From: Tubulanus polymorphus
Taxonomy: Eukaryota; Animalia; Nemertea
Direction of reading: 5' to 3'
DNA: 64,000 bases
Assembly (NCBI RefSeq): GCF_964204645.1
Contig: NC_134026.1
Location: forward strand, 10,315,950-10,379,949
In this document: positions 13,901 to 23,959 of the stretch, one piece after another
How positions within the stretch are numbered: position 1 is the stretch's first letter
Layout: every line of letters starts with the position of its first letter
The notes under the pieces: generated by a model
Told to the model about the DNA's origin: nothing
The model's database searches: none
What the model saw: only the letters and a program-made list of their open reading frames with translations
Position numbers and translations under genes: made by a program

Positions 13901-16077
13901 TTGACCGCGGTAAAATAAAAAACCATTAAATTTTACGATGATGAGTTACCATTTATGTTTTTAGTGAAATAGAGATACAAAAAGCCAATGGGTGCAGTTT
14001 GATATTTCGTAGTAGCACATTGGCGGCAGAACCGGAAGTATTACAGAAAAACTATAAACGTAGACTGTTCACGTCACAGCGCGTCAATTTTTCTGAGATT
14101 TGAAAATTACTTTCCTCTGAGAAATCAGTTCCACAACCATTTAACCAGCAACCGCCATTACACATTTCCAGGGACATGCAAGGAAATATTCTTCTAGTTC
14201 TAGGCCCCAAATTTTTGGAATACTTGGAATATACACATACAAATTTAAAACATTTTATTTGTTTTAAAATAATCTAAGACATTCCTTTGTTAACCAATAT
14301 TCCTAATTCCCAAACACCATGAGCAAAATCAGTTAACTGGTATTCGACTTTGTTACGTCCGTGCTTTAAATCTTCGTTACACTGTACTATTACTATTCAT
14401 GTGTACATAGAAAAGAATATATTGTGACGAAGAAGTGATAGTGAAGTTATAACCAAGTTTGGTTGTTATTACAATGGCAATATCTAGAAACATTGTGACA
14501 CTCGATCTCCACCATTCATTTACATTTCACACTTTTCGCTTCTAAACGCCACGTTAAACCCAGTTTTTCGTTTTAGCGCCACGTTTTTCAAAAATTTTGA
14601 AGCTCGAATGTCACATTTTTATGTGGCCCGAATCAGCCACATATATTACGATGATTGTAGCAAGGTGAGATTTACGATCTAACGTTTTAAATTTTGCTTG
14701 ATATTGTGGGAAGGGGGAGTTGATCATCGAGGTGTGCTATTGTTTGTGTTGGGGTTTGTAAGATATCATTGGAAAATCGTATATTTCGCCAAATATTTGA
14801 TAGAATGTTCTGAGGTGAATTTTGATGAGTGGAGTGCGGAGGTACGTATTTGTTTTTAGGACTTTACGTATATATGAACATTATATACGAATAACGCCTA
14901 GAAAATTCAGTGAAATTCATCTAATTTCTGGGAAAACCTTTTGGAAATTATAAAACCAATTTGTTCTCGTCGATTGAGCAATTTTGAAAAAGAATTCGAG
15001 GTGTATTGATAACGGTTGAGGATAATTTGAAAAAGCTATCGGTCCTTATAGTTTTGCGTTTGCATTTTATCACTATTTCTATATAAAATCACCGATTGGC
15101 GAATCAAAAAGGTTTTTCAGTCAAGTACGCTCCGTTCATCGATGAATTTGGATGAAATCTAAATGAATAGTGAGTATCGGTAAATAGCGCAGTAACTGAA
15201 TAAGGCTAATTTTTAGGAATAGAGTACTAAGCGTTTTGCCGATTCGACGTTTTTCATTAGGCGTTTTTCGAATACCGTGACTGCAATGGTACATATAAAT
15301 ATTATACATTATCATCTACAAACGTCATAACTTGTGATACCATGGAAATATAGTTTATACATCCGATTAACGTTACATGCAGTTGTTAATATAACTTACG
15401 GGGGCTGGGTTTTGAATTCCACCAGAGGTTATAACTGTGCGATCCTAACCACCATATTTCGTTTGTCAGTATGGACTGCACGAAATTCCATTCGTCTGGG
15501 TTATTGATGACCACCGCCAGAGCACCCTGCGCCCAGCATCTTGCCCGCGCTTCGAACCAAGGTTTAGGCGTCGTAAACCGCTTGTAACACGAGTCCTTGT
15601 ATGTCAGCCATCCGTTCGGACAAGCGACATTCCCACCGAATACTATCGAATAACAAGACTACACAGATTACCCCTAGTCCAAAAATAACTCTATTTTCAT
15701 ATTTTCTATTTTATAGGATTTTTGGGGTGGAAATGTAATGAAAGGGTATAGGTAAAAATGCATTATAGGCCGATAGAAAATTTGTTTCTATTAGTCCTTT
15801 TCAACCACCTTACAAATTATCGTCGAATTGTCTAAGAAATGTGTGTTAGGGTTCGGAATGCATTTTGTAAACTCCTACATACAACTAACGGTGATGGCTA
15901 AAGGTAGGCCTACATAAATGAACCTTAAAAACCAATCTGCATACAGATACAAGACTGAATGAGATAACATAGAGTTGAATGATTATTCAAACAGCAAAAT
16001 ATTCAAAAACGGTTCTCACCAAAAGTAAGCGCGAAGCAGCTGAGTGTAAAAAGAAACAAATACCCGCCGATTATCAT
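1700..16077 (-). CDS. Secreted multidomain protein (~1740 aa): SP-CLECT-SUEL-CLECT-FA58C-TSP1-TSP1-PAN-PAN-LRR plus a C-terminal pore-forming-toxin-like module
   Basis: Hand-spliced GT-AG exons (minus strand): 16077-16020, 15642-15400, 13667-13503, 13083-12941, 12172-12008, 11878-11839, 11799-11601, 11170-10959, 10806-10627, 10261-10155, 9908-9767, 9676-9506, 8568-8377, 7878-7639, 7552-7310, 7209-7161, 7067-6990, 4950-4876, 4797-4720, 4637-4575, 4352-2242, 1968-1700. Total 5223 nt (1741 codons), phases compatible at every junction. Use of extra exons within 4951-6989 is uncertain. Confidence 0.8.
2242..4352 (-). CDS. 2.1-kb exon encoding a helical coiled-coil, toxin-like module
   Basis: 721-aa open frame in the ORF track, acceptor aaacag|G at 4352 and donor G|gtacag at 2242. 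Long heptad helices flank a small-residue hydrophobic stretch GIVSSITAAIKFVGGVAGIVTG, followed by a beta-rich region RIRVVEMRVFLDGV...VRVSLASPGHFED. Confidence 0.9.
4575..7209 (-). CDS. Leucine-rich repeat exons (phase 2) of the multidomain gene
   Basis: 63-78 nt exons: DFSTLNLFNLPLPKELFKTAKYITKL (7067-6990), KFSNNSQLTVPPNGFFDDLENLQEL (4950-4876), EISSDRIWGFPSRLFSSLKNLNNLTL (4797-4720), NTRVKKISYRLISHLPLQRF (4637-4575). Confidence 0.75.
7310..7878 (-). CDS. Two PAN/apple-like domain exons
   Basis: SLAECLRMCMTYDIYCVGASFSSRNNDCFL and TPDECRMKCINVTSFECSGFVSRLGNCALF show the CxxxC...C...F...C pattern. Phase-1 boundaries. Confidence 0.7.
8377..9676 (-). CDS. Two thrombospondin type-1 repeat exons
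   Basis: [41 protein letters not shown] (9676-9506) and VDGSWSCWGGWGQCSSRCGAGTRVRQRQCDDPAPAHGGLRC (8568-8377). Confidence 0.95.
9767..10806 (-). CDS. Coagulation factor 5/8 type C (discoidin) domain, three exons
   Basis: CTQAMGMEDMTIAD...GRLNKQNSAWC...MQIDF...GIQTQG...FVTSFEV...LFPGN...ARYIRV...CMRIELLGC. Confidence 0.95.
10366..10409 (+). ncRNA. Minimal type I hammerhead ribozyme motif (Penelope-type)
   Basis: acat-CTGACGA-t-gatctc(tctagggt)gagatc-GAAA-C-GTC-gtgt: intact core, 6-bp stem II, GUC cleavage triplet, short stem I. Confidence 0.7.
10959..11799 (-). CDS. Second C-type lectin-like domain, two exons
   Basis: CPQ...WHNRNGMCY...FDIAEEKCQSYSQFGHVTAISTPEEAQWL...LGVRYD...W...CIFV...WMSMNCWTESEFICK. 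Confidence 0.85.
12008..13083 (-). CDS. SUEL-type (galactose/rhamnose-binding) lectin-like domain, two exons
   Basis: TLACPKDQVIKL...C...AACDGKRACRF...CEKYSITSYLVYSC matches the SUEL cysteine pattern. Confidence 0.65.
13503..16077 (-). CDS. Signal peptide exon plus first C-type lectin domain (two exons)
   Basis: MIIGGYLFLFTLSCFALTF|VFGG, then CPNGWLTYKDSCYKRFTTPKPWFEARARCWAQGALAVVINNPDEWNFV...WWLG...YWKPGSPN...NCLI...WEGASCDNPYKYICE. These exons are not in the ORF track. Confidence 0.9.
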
Positions 16078-17272
16078 TCTAGTCGAATATGAGCGATCTG
16101 TTTATTCTTGCGAGAAGAATAGCTTAAACGACTAGAATGCTCAAGCAATTATTCTATCTGGCGTTGTTCTCGGAACATTAGCCCGTATTTGAACAAAATA
16201 CTTCTAAAAAAACTGTCATAGAAACAACCAACTAACCAATCAGGCGACCGTGATAACATACCATGTGATTGATGTATGGGAGACTGTTAAACACTGTTAT
16301 TAGTGATTGAAATGGGTGATTGAATTTTTGACGTACGTAGTGTTGGTTCGGGGTTATCATGATCATTCCCCATAAAGAAGCAGCAGCTATGGTAATTATT
16401 TTTTTATTAATCGTTTACGTAAGTTAGGTGTTGATACCGGCCTGTCATAAAATTAGGTACATGTTATCGTGTCAATTTCGACAGTGACTGGTACAGTTAG
16501 TGAAGAGGCACAACTTAGCCAGTAGGTTTTACTAACCCTGTATGTATAGAAAATAGCGGTATAATTGCCGTTTCTTCGTGAAATGAACCGATTAAATAGA
16601 ATGTTATTACTGTACCCATTCATCTATCAATGGATCGATCACGGATTTGAACTCCCCAATGAAGTGCCCCCTCGAAAATCACCTGTCCATTGCCCTTTAC
16701 GTCCACGTATAGCTTTCGGTTTGAATAACTGTATAACTGTAGCATACCTCCTTGTATAAATAAAAAATCCCCCTTAAGGGGTACATATCCGAGGGTGGCT
16801 ATGTCCATGTTGGGACTTGTCTGGGGGTTATTCTGGACAATTTGGGGGAGAGATCGATATTCTTTGAGGATTAATTTGTGAAGGAGGGCCTAATTGTCTA
16901 GGGCTAATTTCACAAAGGGGGATATTGCCTTGGGAAGGCTTGTATAGGGGCAATTGCTAATTGGTAAAATGACTAAGTTGAGTAAATGGCTCTGGGGAAT
17001 TGTCTAGATCGTTAAGTGTTGGGATTAGGGTCAGAGTTGGGTTAGACAAACCCTAGCCCACAGTGTTTAGTATAAAAAAACCTATATTTGCCACGAAATT
17101 TCCAGTCGAACTAAAGATTTATTTCGTTCGAACGAAAAGATTTATTCGGGCCTACACGAAAAACTTTTTCATTACCGGCATGTCGCCTCCGGGGCTCCGT
17201 ATTAAGTGTGACCGATTTAATCGTAGGCCTACGTAGCCTTTTCTGATAGTCTCTGGTCATTGTCTTGATTGT

Positions 17273-17457
17273 CTCCCGATTCAAAAACTTTTGAATCGGG
17301 AGCCGAACCGGGAACCGGCTACTGGTTCGGCTCCCGATTCAAAATCATTTTCAATCGGGAGCCGAATCGGGAACCGGGAACCCGGAGCCGGCTACTGGTT
17401 CGGCTCCCGATTCAAAATGATTTTGAATCGGGAGCCGAACCGGGAACCGGGAGCCAG
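17273..17457. repeat. Three tandem palindromic units CTCCCGATTCAAAA-N3-TTTTGAATCGGGAG with GAACCGG spacers
   Basis: Direct reading. Units start at about 17273, 17331 and 17404. Confidence 0.9.
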
Positions 17458-17619
17458 CTTCACAGGGGTCAACTATTAAGAAATATAACTTTACTCTCCT
17501 GACTAAAATTGATAGTATAAGGAGGTCTAAAAAGATCACACATAGAAAGATACAATACAGGAAAGACACAAAATGACACAGATTGATCTCTACAATTTAC
17601 AGTTGAAAATACAGTTATC

Positions 17620-17985
17620 TAAGTACAGTACCGTACTTAGATAGTTTCGTACGCATTGACTTATTTTCACAGTTTAGTTCACATTATATATGAGAGTATT
17701 TGGATGTCTCCAGAATTTGTCTGGTATATACTTTTTCCTTAATTCTAGGTGTTGTGGACGTATTAATAAAGATTGAAATTCGTCACCTAAGTAGATCGCC
17801 TGAGTAACATTTTTCACATAATCTTTCATCTTGCAAGATTAAAACGTTCCTTTTCTACAGGAAGCTTGTGGTTATTGGTGCGGAATTTTGTTAGTAATAC
17901 TCGTGATTTTATTGGCAATTTAGTAAGATAGTCTTCTAGTTCAAAGTTTTTTTAAATCAATCTATAGTATTTCTTTAATCAATAC
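17620..17985 (-). mobile_element. Degraded 3' fragment of an RTE-X-like LINE (copy A)
   Basis: Minus-strand reading NHKLPVEKG...ERLCEKCYSGDLLGDEFQ, the same C-terminal motif as the two adjacent copies. Confidence 0.6.
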
Positions 17986-20126
17986 TATTTCGATTACGAT
18001 TACGATTACGATTTTATTTACAAAACAACACTGAAGTGATTAAAATTTGGAGAATGAAAACGTAACAAAATATATATACATCAACTATTTACAATACTAT
18101 ATATACTATTGGAGGGATCTATATACATCTAAGCCGGTCTTAATGAATTTAGCTAATTTGACCGTTGGGTTTTTCAGAATATCAAGGGTATTAAAGGTAT
18201 TCAAATTCAAATAGTTTTTGCGGGGTTCGTTAAGTAAGGTACAGTCAAACAGAAAATGGGATTCGTCACCTAAAGTATTACAAGTGGGGCATATTCTATA
18301 TCGGCTCTGTCTAAATGAAGGTTTGAAAATTTGTTCACAGGTAAAATATAGGACCCGACCCTAAATTCAAATAAACTAGTTCCTAAGTCATCCGCAAGTT
18401 CTATTATATACTTCTCTAACCTAATATCATTTCTATATTGCCTAAAGTTAGTGTATATCGGATTAGTATTTATGGCAGATACAGTTTCTTGAAGGTGCTG
18501 GTCACAGAGTATCTGTTTTATTCGTTTTGAAAAAGATTTACTGTTGGTCATGAATTGCTGCGTCCAAATGCAGGACAAACCACAGTCATCAAAGGTTTTC
18601 TTTATATGATAACCAAGGGCTCTTAAATTTATCCCTTAAAAATAAATTGAAAGATATTTTAAAGTATTGAATAATAGTTTGGTTTGCTTTCCAGATACTG
18701 TTTTAACCCAAAAGTTAATCATCCTGCGTCTAACATCTATATTCAAAGGATTACGTCGTAGCTCTGATAAAACTTGTAAGTTGCGATCTGAATATTTCGT
18801 CACTTTCATTAAGATTTTACAGAAGAAGCAATGAATATTTTCTGATAAATCAAGATTTTCGTATCCCCAGATCTCACACCCATACATGGCTATTGGAGCA
18901 ACACACATATCAAATAATTTAAACATAACATCTATGGGCAATTTCAAACGTCTGCCTTTTTGAACGATCGAAAACATAGCTCTCATAGCTATATCGTAAA
19001 GATACTTTTTTGCCTTAGCAAAGTTACCATTCCAATTAAATTTTACTCCGAGATAAACATAATCTTCAACTATCTCTAACTCTTGATCACCAAACATAAA
19101 TTTCGAAATCGTTTTTATCCGGGATTTACTTCGCGCAAATACTAGTACTTTAGTTTTCTCTGAGTTTACAGTGAGACCATTATAGCCGCATAATATTCAA
19201 ATAAGGTACCGTAAATCGGGGTGACTTGAGACACTTTTTTGTGATTTTTTTAAATGCAGCTCGAGGACCTACCTACAATCCACCCAAATGATGATTATTT
19301 GAAAAATAATTGGTCCCTCTTCAGTTCTAGGCATGATGGAAAAATGTGTCTAATGATTTTCTTAATTTTGTTATTCAATAACAACTGTCTCATGTCACCC
19401 CTAGGTGAGGGGTGACTCGAGACATACAGAAAGCTATGTTCTTTCCAAGGCCCTTCCGAAAAAATGATCAAAATATTAGTTGAAAAATCGTTTTTATTTC
19501 AAAATAAAACGTTGAATGAAAAATAAAGTCGGGACTCTTTATTGTTTCAAACATTTAAGTAAATCATTAACATGGAACTCTCAAACGAAAATTAACTTAT
19601 CATCGCTTGTCAGACCTTGTTTGGCGCCCGCCAAATATCAAAGCAACACGAACCCTTGCTGCAAACCTTTCATTGGTCTTATTACACACCCCAAGATGTC
19701 TTGGGCGGACAGTTTAACGCTCAGTGCCCACCAGTCTATAAATCTAGCCAATAGTCCGTCGTATTTTACTGGCAGGTTTGCTCTATGAATAACAGGCATC
19801 TGATTGGCTAGACTGGTGGGCGCTGAGTATTAATCTGTCGGCCTAAGAAATCTTGGACAATGTAATAGACCAATGAAGGGTCTGCGGCCGGGTGTTTGTT
19901 GCTGTGATATTCGGCGGGCAGCAATCAAACCCTGGCAAGCGAGGATGATTTGTCAGGCTTGCTTATGAAGTCTTTAGTTAACAACACCTTTCCATTCATT
20001 TATATCAATGTCAAACCTTAACTGTCCTCTACGCAGCTCTGTTGGCTTATTGAGAACACCTTTGATTTGATGAACATCAACCACCGCTATGTCCGGAGTC
20101 TGTGGCCAAACAAACACATTTGATGT

Positions 20127-20547
20127 TCACGATAGGTAAAACACAATATCCGTGTTGACGCGATGAGGAGAGAATCCCACAATGATAATAAAAAGTCCGA
20201 AAATGAAACTTCGAGATAGTAGTTTATTCAACGTTTCGACTATATCCTAATAGTCATCTTCAGGAATAATGAGATACTACAGAAATTATGAGATATATAT
20301 ACAATCCAGGGACAAAGAGACTAATTCAAGTAATCAGAGATGATACAAACTAAAGGAAAATTAACGTAGAAACAGTTACACGCTAAAATAGATTAAAGGG
20401 AAGCAAACTAAGGGGTGATTATAAACAACAATAGTGAGTATAAATATAAATGAAACTTAAAGTCAGTAGTAAAAAGAAAGACAAACTAAGGGGCACTTAA
20501 ATTAAAATTGATGTGTTTGATTGATTTGTGTTCTGATTGATTTGTGA
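20127..20547 (-). mobile_element. Penelope-like retroelement 3' fragment inserted in the pogo-like element
   Basis: Flanked by the 7-bp direct repeat TTGATGT (20120-20126, 20548-20554). Removing it restores the transposase-tail frame. It contains a minimal hammerhead. Confidence 0.7.
20224..20269 (-). ncRNA. Minimal type I hammerhead ribozyme motif
   Basis: Minus strand: ttattc-CTGAAGA-t-gactat(taggat)atagtc-GAAA-C-GTT-gaataa. 6-bp stem I, 6-bp stem II, palindromic AACGTT at stem III. Confidence 0.8.
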
Positions 20548-21556
20548 TTGATGTGTTCTTATATCGTCTCATAAATTTGACATCAATATTTCCATTAAAA
20601 CCAGAAGATCCGCCCTGAACCTCACTCAGACCTTTTCCAACGAAATATTTGCTTCTGCCATTATTGAGAACATACTCGATAATTACGTTTGTACCTTCTG
20701 TAGAGACTGACGGTGTATATGGACTAACACACATCCAAGTGGTGTTGTCACACTGCCCAGATTCCTTTGATAAATCAGTACAACTTTCCGAAGTTTTTTG
20801 GTGGCCATTTACAATTTGATCTACTATTTCAGAGTCTGATTCAGCCCCCTGTTGGACGAATTTTCTGTGCAATTTCATATGGGGTTACTTGAGACAGTGT
20901 CTCAAGTAACCCCATATGAAAGTGCACAGAAGATTTTAGTCGGGGTGACTTGAGACACTTTCAAGTCACCCCTAGTTGGCTGGATAAACATCCAACCTAA
21001 TTTTTATTTTTATAGAATAATGATGAATAAAAGATCAATATCTAAGGTCACAGAGTGCACTGAAGCTTTGTCACTGCATATGTGTATTTGGGGTATAAAG
21101 AGATGAGTTATGCACCCCGAATGAAGTTTTCTGAATATAATTTTCCTAGGTTATGCAAAACCTTACTTTCAAGATTGACACACTTCAGCTCACTGTGATC
21201 TGGACTATTTAAGGCCCCTAAATTCATGCTATATGAGAACAAAATTCATTCTACTCACCAAGCTTTTAGAAAAAGTGTAGATACTTTGTAAGAATGACAC
21301 AGCAATTACTCATCGGCCATATTGTCTCAAGTCACCCCCTTGTCTCAAGTCACCACAATTTACGGTATCTAAGTGTAGTTGAAGCGATTTCTCATCCTCA
21401 GCAAGAATAAATGTATCATCTGCGTATAGTATTATGAATAAATTCAGTTAAGTATCAATATCCTGGTCATGATTCAAATTTAGTTTTTCAATAAATGACA
21501 AAAGTCGGTTTTCCACGATCAATGAAAAATCCTTCAATGTCGATTAAGAATATTTC

Positions 21557-22163
21557 GAATACGAATACGAATACGAATATTTATTACACTCCAACCATTC
21601 CCATGGTATATGGAGGAAAAAACAGTATTTACAATTATTTACAAAAACAGTAGATAAAAGTAGATAAAAGCACTTTGAAACATAACAAACGTTATTTACA
21701 ACATACTATTTACATACACTACCGGAGGGATCTATATACATCCAGACCTAATTTGATAAATTTAGTAAGTTTAAAAGTTGGATTTTTAAAACATCAAGAT
21801 TCCGAAAGGTATTTGAATTTAGGTAGCTTTCACGGAATACGGTAAGTAATTTACAGTCAAAAATGAAATGTAGTTCGTCGCCTAAAAAGGTGGGACATAA
21901 TCTATCGGTTCTCGGTAGATGGAGATTTGACAATTTATTTACAGGTAGGAGATAAGACCCAATCCTGAACTGGAATAAACTGGTCACTAAGTCGTCATCA
22001 AGCCGATTCATATAGTTTTCAAATTTGATATCCTTCTTATATTGTCTAAAATTAATGTATAACGAGTTATTATTTAGCCTAAATTCTGTCTCTTGCACAT
22101 GCTGATCACGGAGTATACGGTATAATTGTTTTGGAGAAGTCCTAGAGTTTACCATAGATTGTG
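21557..22163 (-). mobile_element. 3' fragment of an RTE-X-like LINE (copy C)
   Basis: (CGAATA)n tail at 21557-21580. ORF 21748-22179 ...LFQFRIGSYLLPV...DRLCPTFLGDELHFIFDC, clearly paralogous to copy B. Confidence 0.85.
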
Positions 22164-23959
22164 GGGTCATACTAAACACCGTCAGGAGCCGTCAGACACC
22201 GTCAGGAACCGCCAGGAACCGTCAGGAACCGTCAGACACCGTCAGGAAGACCGTCAGACACCGTCATGAACTCACGGGTTATACTAAACACCGTCAGGAA
22301 ATAAAAAACAATGATTGTGAATTCTAAAATTGAATATTTTATATTAAAATCAACACTAAATGAGCCCTACTGTGCACGAGTTTTCCTTGGTAAACTCAAC
22401 AATACGCTGTGCAAATTGAGCAAATTTTGTGAAATAAATCTTTTCGTAATATATCGTAGTTTTTAGTTTCTTAGTTTGAGTTAAACTTTTTTCCGATTTT
22501 GTTTCTAAATCTAACATTAACTTTATTTTGGCAAATTGTTATTACTTCGAAATGACAACAAAGTGATTAATAAATTGCAAACTGGGTCTGTTCCATGCCC
22601 TAACCCCTAACAGACACGCCTGATGCACAACGCACTAATGAACTATGCTTTTATTTCGAGCTATAAGACCCCCTACTTAATTATTGGAGTTTTTAGATAC
22701 ACTACATATCATATAGCCACGGGTCACTAATCCTATTCACAATTAACACATAAAAACCAACAAATGATTCTTCAGCACGTCATATTTTGTTATCTCTCTA
22801 TCGCGACGGGTGATTCCAATTTTATTGTGGTGAGATTCTTGATAGAACGAAGTTGTGAGGAATAAAAGGATAACCATGAGTGACAAAAAACCAACGAGAC
22901 GGAAAAAGGCACCCGCCGTATTTACGCCAAGTAATGTTGTCAAGAAGCGAAAGAAAATTTCGAAAAAATATCCATGTAAAGGTAGGAACAATTGTTTTTT
23001 CATTTGTGCTATCAAAATTGCAGTAAATTACGACTGAAATATTTATATTGGAACTAAACTTTGAATGCTAGCAAGTCAAAACTGAATTTAGTCATGTATA
23101 CAATTTTTTACCATTTAAATATAAACAATACCGAAGAATTGGCTTATACTCTGACGGCATTTTGAATAAAGCTTTTTTTGAGAGCCCGTTGTACCCATTT
23201 TTGTAAATCTCAAGCTCGTAACATTATCGAATTTGCCCTGATTATCGAAAATTGTGTAAATTTGAACAACGGTTTTTCTCCTCTCAATATTTTGATCTCT
23301 AAATTTCTCGCTTCACTTCACTTCCGCCCCATTAAGTATCAATTCTGTTTAGCTTGCTACTTCCACTCACTCACTCAGTCACTGATTATTCCTTGCCTTT
23401 TGTTTTTGTCTGATTACCCCCTAATTTGTCTCTGATTTTCAATCACTCTACAATTGTTTTTAAATTACTTCAATTTGTATCTACCCCTAGTTTACCGTTT
23501 GCCGTCTTAGTTTTTTCCTATTGTTTTCCGGTTTTTCCGGACGTGTGGCGCAAATTGCCGACAGTTTTCATATAGACCTCTATATTTTTGCTATTTTTTG
23601 CTAACTTCAAATTTTAATGAAAACTACGCAAAATCTCTTCGGGTTTTAATGAAAACTACGCAAAATTTCTTTGGATTTCAATGAAAACTATACGCCCACG
23701 CAAAATATCTTTAAATTTTAAATGAATACTGCGAAAGATATCTTTAGATTTTAAGGTTCATTTGGAAGGGGCGCACAGTTTCTGAAATGTTTGAATTTTT
23801 TCGAAAACAATTTTTGTCAAATAACGAACTTGTCAACTTCAAAGTTGAGTACCCTGCATCTTTACGCGACGTGTGGCGCAAATTGCCGACAGTTTTCATA
23901 TAGAAGTGTTTATGAAAACTACGCAAAATATCTTTAAATTTTTATGAAAACTACGCAAA

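Larger units (their letters stand above)
19209..21365 (-). mobile_element. Internally deleted Tc1/mariner (pogo-like) DNA transposon
   Basis: TIRs CCGTAAATCGGGGTGACTTGAGACA / TGTCTCAAGTCACCACAATTTACGG with TA duplication (19207-8, 21366-7). Internal copies of the GGGGTGACTTGAGACA motif, including a palindrome at about 20864-20930. Residual C-terminal frame ...DVKFMRRYKNTS/NVFVWPQTPDIAVVDVHQI...VVN*. Confidence 0.9.
17990..21545 (-). mobile_element. 5'-truncated RTE-X-like LINE (copy B), reverse-transcriptase C-terminal half, split by a DNA transposon
   Basis: Hexamer tail (CGATTA)n at 17990-18013. LEIVEDYVYLGV...PIAMYGCEIWG in ORF 18636-19097, FRVGSYILPV in ORF 18270-18578. LFIILYADDTFILAEDEKSLQLHLD at about 21450-21367 rejoins TLFEY at 19206. 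Clade assignment is by motif recall. Confidence 0.88.

Noticed and set aside
14030-14670. CCGGAAGT and CACGTCAC motifs plus a plus-strand AAG|GTGAG donor suggesting a nested antisense promoter
   Set aside because: Short motifs expected by chance, and no downstream plus-strand exons could be assembled.
17269-17569. CRISPR-like repeat/spacer look and overlapping repetitive ORFs
   Set aside because: Spacers are repeats of each other rather than unique, there are no cas genes, and the context is eukaryotic. The ORFs are by-products of the repeat.
20486-20878. 130-aa ORF as a stand-alone gene
   Set aside because: Chimera of TIR-derived palindrome, transposase tail and the inserted Penelope-like fragment.
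22165-22270. 10-bp tandem array as a CRISPR or iteron array
   Set aside because: It is one of two exact terminal inverted repeats of the MULE.
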